From assembly GCA_013115125.1 (NCBI GenBank), contig JABANN010000083.1, positions 1-64,000 of the forward strand: a stretch of DNA of 64,000 bases, given 5' to 3'. Position 1 is the first letter of the stretch. Each line of letters starts with the position of its first letter. Of the stretch, positions 52,546 through 62,879 are shown piece after piece. Both the position numbers and the translations under genes were made by a program. A model generated the notes under the pieces. The model saw only the letters and a list, made by a program, of their open reading frames with translations. It was not told the origin of the DNA and ran no database searches. This DNA is from Perkinsus olseni. Taxonomy: Eukaryota.

Positions 52546-54150
52546 GAGTATGCGCAGCACTTCCCCTAAGAACAACTTCGGATGTGGGTATTTGAGATGG
52601 GGCCCAGAAAATGATAGAACCGACTCGAGATGGGGTTTATCGATAACGAGAATCCATAGCGTAATCTAGCCTGGCGTGAGTCCTAGCTTACTGACAGTAA
52701 GTTACTGTGGCATGTCTACTCATGCACGCCAGTTCAAGACGCAGGATGATGTCAGATAGTTACCTGAGACCAATGATATGCAGTAGGAGTAAACGTGAGT
52801 ACAGCGACGAGATAGTCTAACAGTACTGAGCCGGGTGCTACCCATCCCTTAGGCGCCATCATAATGTAAGAGATAGGCCTAACATTCTTTTATGGTAGCG
52901 AAACGGGCGCGTACGAACGAGTCCCGCTGATCGTTGGAGGAAACAGTCGCAGCCCATCAGCTGAAATAGACAGAATAAGCTTCAATTTCCAATGAACTCA
53001 CTCACTAGGTCCATGCTAGGTGTTGTTGTTGAGTCAACCAGTGCGGGTGTTACTAATTGCTGGTAGTTACTTGATGCCTCTGTCCCGGTGCCGCCACTAG
53101 CCACTCGGCGCCTGGCACGCGCGCTGAAAGAGGTTTCGACTAAAGCGCGATACTACTTGTTATTTTCACGATGCTTCTCTTCTGCCTGATAGTACTCGCC
53201 ACTCAAGCTGTCCAAGGCCAACCAACCTTCCCGTTTCCCCAAGGGAGATACATTGGCGGACTGCTTGCACGCTACCTACGTGTCGATGTTAACTTCGTGA
53301 CCGCTTTCGAAATACCCAGGGTTCGTCTTAGTATCTCTTGCGGGTCTAGCAGAGATTCCTGGGACGGTTGGTTCGATATCGACAGAGGTATGCCAGGCAA
53401 TTTGTTCAAATTGAAGGACTACCAGACAGGCGACAAGTATGCGGAGCTTCTCGCTTTCTACGACGCTCACTGCGGCCGAGCTCCAGGCAAGAAAGGTGAC
53501 CTAGCCCTCTTCACCAAGGACCTCCACTTGGGCCAATATGCCACCAGATTGGGGAATGATAGGATCTTCCTTTACCCCGCGTGAAGTGTCTCAGGAGCGT
53601 CGGTTGAGTTCATGATGACGTGAATGTCACTTGATTAGCACTCGAGTCCATTTTCGATGAACGACGGTCGGTGATGTTTGTATCACGATCCTTGTATATG
53701 TCGTCTGAGGCGAGGAAAATCATATATTCTCTCTGTCGTCTTTCATTGAGATCGTTAACATTCATGGTGTCCTCGGGGTTCAGCGCGCCTTTGTAGGTGC
53801 GCTCACATCAGTCGATCACTGCAGAGTTCCACTCCGCTCCCTGCGGCCATTCTTTGTTTTTCGGATCGCACTGGGTTGTCTTCGATGCCCAACGTGGCGC
53901 TGAGAGACCAGTGGTCTCAGACCAGTGAATTCCGATCTCGTCGTTGATAATCGCTACTGGTTCCGCTGCCGCTGTACCGAGTATGTGCTGTATACAGTAC
54001 TCGAGTCGAATCGATAGCATGGAAGGAGTCTCCAGCGAAAGGTACAGAGTTTCTTTCGTCCGCTATGTCGCGTTCTGTCTAGAGGGGGTCTTACGCAACG
54101 CCATTTGCTTCAGCCTCGTTTCTTGGATTTCGGGATAAGTTCACCTTTAA
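52546..54150 (+). repeat. Duplicated cassette (upstream region + type A gene + 3' region) paired with ~54731-56355
   Basis: Both begin GGAGTATGCGCAGCACTTCCCC and stay collinear through the gene to GGG(A/G)TAAGTTCAC. Partial copies occur at ~49820-49875 and ~59535-59710. Confidence 0.85.
53171..53584 (+). CDS. Small secreted protein family, type A copy 2 (137 aa)
   Basis: MLLFCLIVLATQAVQG signal, PFPQGRYIGG, ISCG...SWDGWFD, HCG...GDLALF...YATRLG. Confidence 0.8.
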   Translation: MLLFCLIVLATQAVQGQPTFPFPQGRYIGGLLARYLRVDVNFVTAFEIPRVRLSISCGSSRDSWDGWFDIDRGMPGNLFKLKDYQTGDKYAELLAFYDAHCGRAPGKKGDLALFTKDLHLGQYATRLGNDRIFLYPA

Positions 54151-54494
54151 TAGAAACTCGGTTCATCAGTGACTTGGACTAGTCGCTCTAGCCGGACTGA
54201 CACAGCATTAAACCACAATGTGCAGGAAGCAACACGCGTGTCCTCGATCAGGGGATCGATATTCCTCTGTCAGCTACTCAGACCCATTGCGACATTGCAT
54301 TAGTGTATACAGGGCGCGTGCTTTGGCTCAACTGAAATTCCCTTCAGGTCAGTTGAGTTACTCAACTTGAGTATCCCCAGTGTAAGCTACAATGGGGATA
54401 CTGAACTGGAGTGACAGTTTGAACGTTAGAGTCTGCAAAGAGTCCTTCTACTGATCCTTCCTAGGTACAACGTTGATTGCTTGTCGAGTCCATC

Positions 54495-54677
54495 ATGATG
54501 ATACTCGTTTACCTCACCCTACTCCTCACCCAAGCTACTGAAGGCATCCTCCGTGTACCATTCCCTAAGGGGAGACACATCGGTGGAATCAGCCAACCCT
54601 ACCTGCGTATTGATACTATCTTCGTGAGCCTTGACGAAGCGCAAAAGGTTAATCTCAGTGTTAACCTTATCTTCTAG
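54495..54677 (+). pseudogene. Small secreted protein family, type B copy 2, 3'-truncated
   Basis: Signal peptide plus VPFPKGRHIGG...PYLRIDT, then a stop after 60 aa; the next duplicated cassette starts ~55 bp later. Confidence 0.7.
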
Positions 54678-55354
54678 CTCTTTCGTCCCGGTTTGACCAT
54701 TGATAAAACCCTCCGGGATTTACCTCAGTAGGAGTATGCGCAGCACTTCCCCTTGAAAACACTTCTGGATGAGGGCATTCGAGATGGGGCTCAGAAATTA
54801 TAAACCCGGCCGGAGATGAGCTCCTCGATGATGAGAATCTCTAGCGTTATCTAGCCTAGCGTGAATTCTAGCTAAGTGTGGCACGTATACTCATGCACGC
54901 CAGTTCAAGACGTAGTATGATGTCTGACTGAGACCAATGATATGCAGTAGGAGTGAAGGTAAGTGCAGCGCTGACAGTCTAACCGCTGAGTAGTACTGGA
55001 CCGGGAGCTAAATAGATCTTTGGCGCTTTTACAGTGCAAGAGATAATAGCCCTAACACTTTTCCATGGTAGTGACATGGGCGCGTACGTACGCGTACGAG
55101 TCTCGGCCACGCATTAGTTGTTACTGAAACAGTAGCCGCCCATTGGCTGAAATTGACTGAGAGAAGCTTCTATTCCCATTATACTCAACCGCTTGGTACA
55201 TCCCAGGTGTTGTTCAGTCGAACAGAGTAGGTTTTGCTACTACTAACAGGTAGCTACAAGTTGTCACTGTCCCGGTAACGCCACTAGCCATCCGGCTAGT
55301 GGCACGCGCCCTTGAAGAGGTTTCGACTCAAGCGCAATACCAATTGTCATTTTC

Positions 55355-55784
55355 ATGATGATGCTCTTCTTCTACCTTGTAGTACTCATCGCCCAAGCTG
55401 TGGAAGGCCAACCTCCCATCCAACCCTTCCCATTCCCCCAAGGGAGATACGTTGGTGGACAACTATCACCCTACCTGCGTATCGAGACTAACTTCGTGAC
55501 AGTCAGGAAAGTGCCCAGGGTTCATCTCAGGATCTCTTGCGGATGTAATAGAGATTCCTGGGATGGTCGGTTCGATGTCGGTAGAGGTAGACTTGCCAAT
55601 CTGTTCATCTTGAAGGACTGCCCGACAGGCCGCAAGTATGCGGGCCTTCTCGCCTTTTACAACTCCCACTGCGGTCGACCTTCTGGCAGAAGAGGTGATC
55701 TAGGCGTCTTTTCTAGCGACGCCCACTCGACACAAGTATGCCACCAAATTGGGGAAGGATACGATCGTCCTTTACTCGGCGTGA
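55355..55784 (+). pseudogene. Small secreted protein family, type A copy 3, +1 frameshift near 55730-55737
   Basis: The family C-terminus YATKLGKDTIVLYSA* (TGA 55782-55784) is in a different frame; the open frame runs on to 55969. Confidence 0.7.
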
Positions 55785-56571
55785 GATCCCTTAGTGGCTG
55801 CAGTGATGTTGATGATACAGTGAATGTTACTCCATCATCACTCAAGTCGAGAACGGATGAACGGTGGTCGGTGATGTTTGTATCACGGTTCGCGAACGTG
55901 TTTCCTGAGCTCGAGATACTCATGTATTTCATCTTTATTTTTCATCGAGACTATCAAACATTCATGTAGCCCTCGGCATTTAGCGCTGCTTCGTAGGTGC
56001 GCTTACATTAGTCGATCGCTGCAGACTTCTACACCGATCCTTGTGACCGCTTTTTACACATCGGATCGCACTGGGTTGTCTTAGACCCAGCATAGTGTTG
56101 AGAGATCGGTGATCTTCGATCTCATCGTTGACAAATCCCCGTTTTTGGTTTCACTACCATTGTACCGAGAATGTGCTGCATACAGTGCTCAAATCGTGGA
56201 GATAGCGTGGAGGGTTTGTGGGGTCTTCAGCAAGAGTTACAGTCTCTTTCGTATCCGTTGTGTTTGGTTCTGAGACGGAACCTTCGTCTGCAGGGGATCT
56301 CACACGGGACCAAAAGCTTTTGCCCCGTTTCGAGGATTTTGGGGTAAGTTCACTTTGATAAAAACTGTGAAAACTCAGAACGAGGTCTCATTGGGGCAGG
56401 CTGCTCGGAGGAGGGAGCAGCAGAAGGATGGATGCTGTTGACTAGCCTTCATCGGGAAATTAAGTGGTAAAATTTGTCTCGTGTTAATTGAAGTTCAAAC
56501 TGGTTCTGTTTGACGGTCAGTTTTCAAGTAGAGATGCTCTACTACACCTTTTAAATTCCCATTCCGCGATC

Positions 56572-56751
56572 AGTAAGATCAATTTCGCAGGGCGGGCGGT
56601 CACCCGCGCCAAGATATGCCTTAGTAAGATCAATTTCGCCAGCGCGCGCGATAGTACGATCAATTCCGCCAGCGCGCGTGATAGTACAATCAATTTCGCC
56701 GGCATACCCGAAGTTAGTTCAAATTCGACGAAATGCGGAAATCAATTCCGC
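56572..56751. repeat. AGTA(A/C)GATCAATT(T/C)CGCC repeats, partly a 30-bp tandem unit
   Basis: Copies at 56572, 56623, 56653 and 56683; partial copy at 56741. Confidence 0.8.
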
Positions 56752-57013
56752 TGGTAGTAGATTCTACTTCGCTGTAGTGACGGATTCTGACGTCCGACTG
56801 TTGTAGGCTGGCCGTTTCGCCTATCATGATGCAAAATCCAAGTCACAAAGCTGATGATGAGAGCTACCTATTTTCAGTCCTTGGCATTCCATCATTCAGT
56901 CCATCATTTTTAGCCCTTGTTTTCAGTTTCAAATTATTCCGTCGAACCTGAATCAGCCTTGGGTACCGGGGGTCCGGACCCCCGGTACGAATCAAGGGAA
57001 ATTAACGTGCAAA

Positions 57014-57500
57014 AATGGGGATACTGACGACGTGAGTATGATTCGGAATCACACGCTGAGTAAAAATGTGATTCTGAAATTCAGAATCTGAATCTGCGGC
57101 GTTCTCGAGTTGAGTAAAATACTCACGAGTACGAGTTTTGACTCACAATCACGTTGAAAAAAACTGGGATCATGATTCTTACTCACTGGGTTGAGTAAAT
57201 GCTCTGACTCATCGATTCAGAATCAGAATCAGTGACTGAGTATGATTCCGAATCAGGAATCATGATTCTGAATCAAGAATCAGAATCAACGCTTGAGAGA
57301 AATCGGAAATCCAGAATCATACTCACAAATCCTGAATCTGAATCTGGAATCAGTAATCAGTAATCATACTCACGAATCATGAATCGTACTCATAAATACG
57401 GAATCTGAATCAACACTTGTGAATCATGGTGTGAGTTGAGTCAAAGTCGGAAATCAGATGGTGAGTTGAATCACTGCCTGTGATTTTCGAATCAGTATCC
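57014..57500. mobile_element. MITE-like element rich in GAATCA/TGATTC and TGAGTA/TACTCA motifs
   Basis: Many hexamer motifs in both orientations, bounded by inverted GGATACTGA (57019-57027) and TCAGTATCC (57492-57500); non-coding. Confidence 0.55.
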
Positions 57501-58055
57501 GCATACCGCCCCAGCTTCTCATTCAGAGGGCTGATTAGTTTTAAGGCGAAACACAGAAGAAGAATGCTCCACCGTCTCCTTCCCTCGGTAGACAGCGGGA
57601 CCAGGATCTGTAGTATCACCGAGTACTGATACCTTTTCGATTTCAACTGAAGAAGTTCAGCTCAACGCCAGCTTACTGTTCACCCGAAGAATCAGTCTGG
57701 AATTTTATGACACTCGATTCAAGAGAATATGTGCGCGCCGCGGATCACACGGGGTCAAGCGACCAGCGTGGCGTCGGTTGAGTGATCGACTGTCCTGGCA
57801 AATACAATATGAAACAACACCTCAGTCAGCAGGCAGTCCTGGCTGAATGTTTGGTTGTAAATAAGCCATGAGCCTCCCAGGGATTTCGCCTTTGCTTTTC
57901 TACTCATTATTGAGCGGGTGGAGTTGAGAGCGATTGCCCTGAGAATATCCACGGTCCCATGGGTCCTGGGCCATGGTGCCACTGTCCCGGTGACACCACT
58001 GGGCAGGCGCCACTGAAATGTTTCAACCAAGGTACAACAAGTAATTGTCATTTTC

Positions 58056-58487
58056 ATGATGATGGTCTTCTTCTACCTCATAGTCCTCATCACCCAAGCT
58101 GTGGCAGCTCCAACCCCCATCCCACCCTTCCCATTCCCCAAAGGGAAATACATTGGTGGACATCTCAGACCAGCGTACCTGCGAGTCGAGACTGACTTCC
58201 GTACCGTTCGTGATGTACCCAAGGTTCATCTCAGGATCTCTTGCGGGCCAAGTAGATCTTCCTGGGATGGTTGGTTCGATATCGACAGAGGTCAACTTCC
58301 CAATTTGTTCACTCTGAAGAACTACTTGAGCAGCTGCAAGTATACGGAGCTTTTTATCTTTTACAAAGCTCACTGCAATCGGGGTAAAGGCAGCAGAGGT
58401 TATCTAGCCGTCTTCTCCAAGGACCCCAAATCGAACCAGTATGCCACCAGATTGGGGAAGGATACGATCTTCCTTCGCTCGGAGTGA
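58056..58487 (+). CDS. Small secreted protein family, type A copy 4 (143 aa)
   Basis: N-terminus identical to 47717 through PKGKY; ISCG, SWDGWFD, HC, LAVFSKD and YAT motifs present. Confidence 0.8.
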   Translation: MMMVFFYLIVLITQAVAAPTPIPPFPFPKGKYIGGHLRPAYLRVETDFRTVRDVPKVHLRISCGPSRSSWDGWFDIDRGQLPNLFTLKNYLSSCKYTELFIFYKAHCNRGKGSRGYLAVFSKDPKSNQYATRLGKDTIFLRSE

Positions 58488-60455
58488 GGTCTGTAATGAT
58501 TTTGATGATTTTGATTTGGTTATAGTCACGTATTCCAGTGAGCCGATCATATTATGATACGGTCAAACACGGGTTCGTGATGAAACCAGTTGATCCTTTT
58601 TGTATTCATATACTCATTACCAGACTTATTGAGATAGGGTGGAGGATCGAGGACCCACAATATTACAAGATATCTCTGTGACGCGACCAATCATCATTTC
58701 GAACAAGGAACAAGTTATTCGTGATGTTACCTGTGAAGTCCGTATTTTACGATATCGTTTCGTTAGTCATACGTTGTGATGCTCACGTACTTCAGAGGTT
58801 CTTCGTTTTTGGTCTCTTCTGTCGCTATACCTCCTAAATGGAGAATAGTATTCTCAGAATACTCCTATCGCAGAAGGCAATCTTGGGTTGCTCGAGAGCC
58901 AGTCTGACTGGCCCAGTCATCGAGGTGTATCCAAACTCATGCAGTTCAAAGTCGGGAAGTGTCGGAATCAGGCAATAGGTGAATGCGTTTCATGATTTTG
59001 AGGCAGTTTAATTCCAGGCAATTGAGATCGGGGCAGAAGCCTTCGACAAAGTTGTACCAATAAAGACAGTGGACACTGGTGCACCCAAATCCTCGCTCGC
59101 CGTATCCCTCGTGCAGTGTCATCTGAGGCACTACTGAGCAACCCATTCGACCAACTCAAAAATTGGTTTTTACTGAAACTTCACATGTGTCACCGTCACA
59201 TCGTCGTGTATTCTCGTTAAGAAGAAGACTTCACACATTAGCTTACACTCTATAGTATGGCTGTCATCATGCGGTGAATACTTCATCAGAGGACGGGACG
59301 GAAGCTTGTTGGGCCTTAGTAGGGGCTTTGCTCCTTTCAAGAACGGCGCTACAGCTCCTGCGACACTTTATGTACTTCTGATCCCCGCGATTTTATTGAT
59401 TATTGTTCCGCCTTGTGGCCAGACTAGTTTAAAAGTGGGCGGGCTTGTATTGGTGACCGAGTTGGGAGTTGTCTGTAAAGAAAGTGCCCGAGTTGAAAAC
59501 TGCCGGGTTTGAACTGTATGAGTTGGGATTCTACCGATCTTCGATCTCATCGTTGACAACCGATTTTAGTTCCGCTGCCACTGTGTCTAGTATGCGCTGC
59601 ATACTCTATTCCAATCGAAGAGCTAGCAGCGAGGGTATGTGGGGTCAAACGCGACCGCTCTGTTGCGTTCTGTCTGAGGCGGGATATCAAGAGTATGCGC
59701 AGCATTCTCCCAAGGAAAAAGATTCATCACCTAAGAACTCCAAGTGTTGCCAATCGCATTCACCCACCGCTCCTCTGGAACTGGGAAGAACATAAGACAT
59801 ATATTTGACATAGAGGAGTGTAATTACAAAGGTCACACGAGTCCCAAAAAGACTTATGAAGGCTCATTTAAGGAGGCGAACGAAAGTCGGCCGTTTCCTA
59901 ACCGCAACCGTTTCAATGCACTCGCCGGCGGGTCCCGCCTGGCACTGGTAAGATCGGAGCGCCACAGAGCCTGTTAGGCATCGAAGATTCCTCGCGAGAC
60001 CTCGCTTGACCTCACACACAGTCAGTGTGATCTGAGGGACACCTCACCACTAAAATGAACACAAGATGGCCAATATTAGTGGAAGAGGCTGCTGGTGATG
60101 GTGCTGCTTCATTGCCCATAGACATGCATTACTGTACAACATCACTGATAAAATACCATCTCAGGAAGAGTCACTCGAGTCACTCGGCTCCTCGTTGGGG
60201 GGAACATAGGGAGCCAATCTCACGCCGTCCGCTGGATGGCCACCGCCAACAGCAGAAGCAGCCGCGTCGTTCCTACTCAAAACCATCGGCCTTCTCACTT
60301 CACACAGCTCCACGGCTCACTTTTTGACAGGCTGCTGCTGCTGCTGTTGGTGATTCATGGACTCGACAAAGGAGTTGGTCCCCGGCAACTCACGCAACTT
60401 ACTTGTAGCCCGACTCGGCATAGGGGCGAGCAGGGGAGGAGTCGGACTGCCGACT

Positions 60456-62260
60456 CTAAGCGGCTGCTGCATGGGAGCTCGGAAATGCTCTCCGCCTGGC
60501 TGGACCCTGGACGCACAAATCAGCGTTTCGTAGCAACGACGGTACGAACCCGTCAGGGACAGAGCCCCTGGACTCGTGAATGGCCTTGGCAGCAGCTGCT
60601 ACGGCTGCAGCGAAGATTCCCTTGTCCATATCTAGCGGGGGAGTTCCACTTTCCCCAACAGTACCAACCTGGGGTGCTGTAAGGGGCCTCGGGACACACC
60701 CGGTATACATCTACGATGAGGAGATGTCAATACAACTGAGCAGAGAACGAGGGTGACCTGTTGCTCCATCAGGCGTATAGTCTGCTGTTGGACATACTCG
60801 CGGATCTGCAGGTCGACTCTAGGAAGATACGAATAACCTCAGAGGCTGCGCGTCAGAGGCCTCACTGTGCTCTAATCGTATCCTCGATATACTGAGGGAG
60901 CCCTGGAGGCAGCGGACCTGAAGACCCTCGCCATCTAGCATGGGAAGCTGATAAGTCTTACCATAGGAAGGGCCGTACAGATGTGCCTGCCGCTGTGGGA
61001 ACCTGAAGGGTGGTGTCAACATCCGTACGCCCGTCTCCTCCCGCCCACCCCTCTCGAGGTGGCAGTCCGTAGGGTGTAGACTGTTGGTCAAACCTGCAGC
61101 TAGACAGTGCAGCAAGGCGCTCAGTATGACCTCACTTTCCCTCGACCAATGCAGCAGCCGCAGCCGCAACAGCAGCACCGAAGACGTCCTGACTGGCTCC
61201 GCGTACAGCAGGATACGGAGGTGCTGTCACGGCCTGGATAAGCATGGAGCGTGGAGACTGCGCCGAAGCGTCTCCCACCTGCTCAGCGCCCCACCATGTA
61301 TTGAACCGCTGACGCACGGCCTCCTGGACCTGCCTCTCCCACCTAAGGGCCTTGCTAGGGGGACTCGGCCACGGCCAGATGATGCCTACTGTAGCCTTGC
61401 AAGCTCCTCCTGCCTCAACGCAGCTTCCCTGTATATGCTCCACTTAGAGAACCCTTGAACGTTCTGGAAATCTACAGAGGTGATACTTGGAATAGCGGAT
61501 GGAGTGGTACTGGTCTACTGTAGTTGGCGTCCGCCTGGTAGTCTCCGGACGGAGGAAACTGATACGTTCTGACAGACAGTAGAGGTAATAACCCGAAGGA
61601 AGGCCGACCGTCAACTCACTCAGGCAGGCAGGGGGTGGGTGAGGGTACTGCGGTACTAGCGTAGGGACTGGAGGCCAGCGACGAAGACATTGGTGAGGAG
61701 GAGGGCACGCTGGAAGGGCATCGCGGCCGACCCTAGGGAGGGAGGATGTAGTGGAGCCTTGAAGGAACGGAGAGGCTACTCTGAGGTTGCCCATGAGGGT
61801 CTGCCAATCCATGGATACCCCGGGAGCGATGGGGGCGAATGGTGATGCTGTCGCGGCTGCTGGGCTCGAGACCGAGGCCGCCGCCGGCACGAAGCCTGAA
61901 CGGGGGACGATGCCTTAAGGGGCAGGGAGGCCTCCTACATGCCGGGGTGGGAGACAGGGAGGGGGTCGGAAGCTGCATTCCAGGAGGCCTGGTCATCCTT
62001 TTGTTGATAGGAAGCTGCATTGGCACCTATACGGAGAACACACCATCCGGGAATCGAACCCACGACCTTCAGGTTTGAAGATGGTACTCTGTTGTCGATG
62101 TTGTCTGGCTGGGGATACACAGCAGCCGTCGTGTCCTTCGAAAGATCCATGGTCGTTGGAGGGCCGGGGACGCTCATAAATGATACTATACAATCTGCGA
62201 GGCCCCAGAAAGCAGCGCGCCCCCTCCCATCACTCAACACCCCGCCGGGCGGCAACAACG
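60456..62260 (-). CDS. Hypothetical Pro/Ala-rich multi-exon gene; boundaries uncertain
   Basis: Minus-strand frames separated by intron-like segments (e.g. GTGAGTTG...CTGTCAG near 61570-61620); no domain recognised. Confidence 0.3.
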
Positions 62261-62879
62261 CACGCTGGTAAATGCTTCAAAACACATGCCAAGGGACAGC
62301 TGCATCAGATCGAACGCCGTCGCCGTCGGCCCGACCCAGCACCATCTTGGCCGGGTCGGATGTAACCTAGGAGAACGTCAGTCGGAGGGGCCGAGCGAAG
62401 CTGGAAAGGTGACCTAGCGCGTCGTAACTTCCCCTTCGCGGCTGCTCGCTATTTCGCCGCTCCCGAGCCAGTGTACTGATTCGCGACTGACTCTGTGACC
62501 GGGGCCCTGGGTTGTCCCCGTCTAGCAGCCCTCTGTACGTGCGTGGCACAGGAGCTCTGTATGAAGGCCCCCGCCGCTCAGGCGGGGACGGGCCAATATG
62601 GTGTTGGCTCTCGAAGGCTGCCGATGGTACTGTTGGGGCCTCGAGGTCTCTCACACTAAGGGGCTCCTCTGAGTCCCCCACCCTCGTGCCGAAATCTGAA
62701 CGCCGTTATCCCAACTGCAAAGAAGAAAGGGTCCTCACCGATGGAGACTCCCCACTGGAACTCGGTGGTGTTGGCTGGAGGAGGGGGAGGGGATGGGGGA
62801 AGGGACTTCCTCTTCTCGTGGGGTTCAACCCTCACAGATGACCGGGCGGCGAAGTAGGCCATCCCCCCTACCAGAGTGA

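Noticed and set aside
54315-54335. Spliced-leader RNA gene or relic SL (TTGGCTCAA)
   Set aside because: Only 9 nt match the leader 3' end; the CCGTAGCCAT portion and the AG/GT donor are absent.
47419-58057. Duplicated minus-strand ORFs MKMTITCC... (47419-47718 and 57755-58057)
   Set aside because: Their similarity simply reflects the duplicated upstream DNA; there is no coding signature.
58946-59146. Cys-rich minus-strand ORF as a zinc finger
   Set aside because: Cys/His spacing fits no canonical finger, and the ORF is short and isolated.
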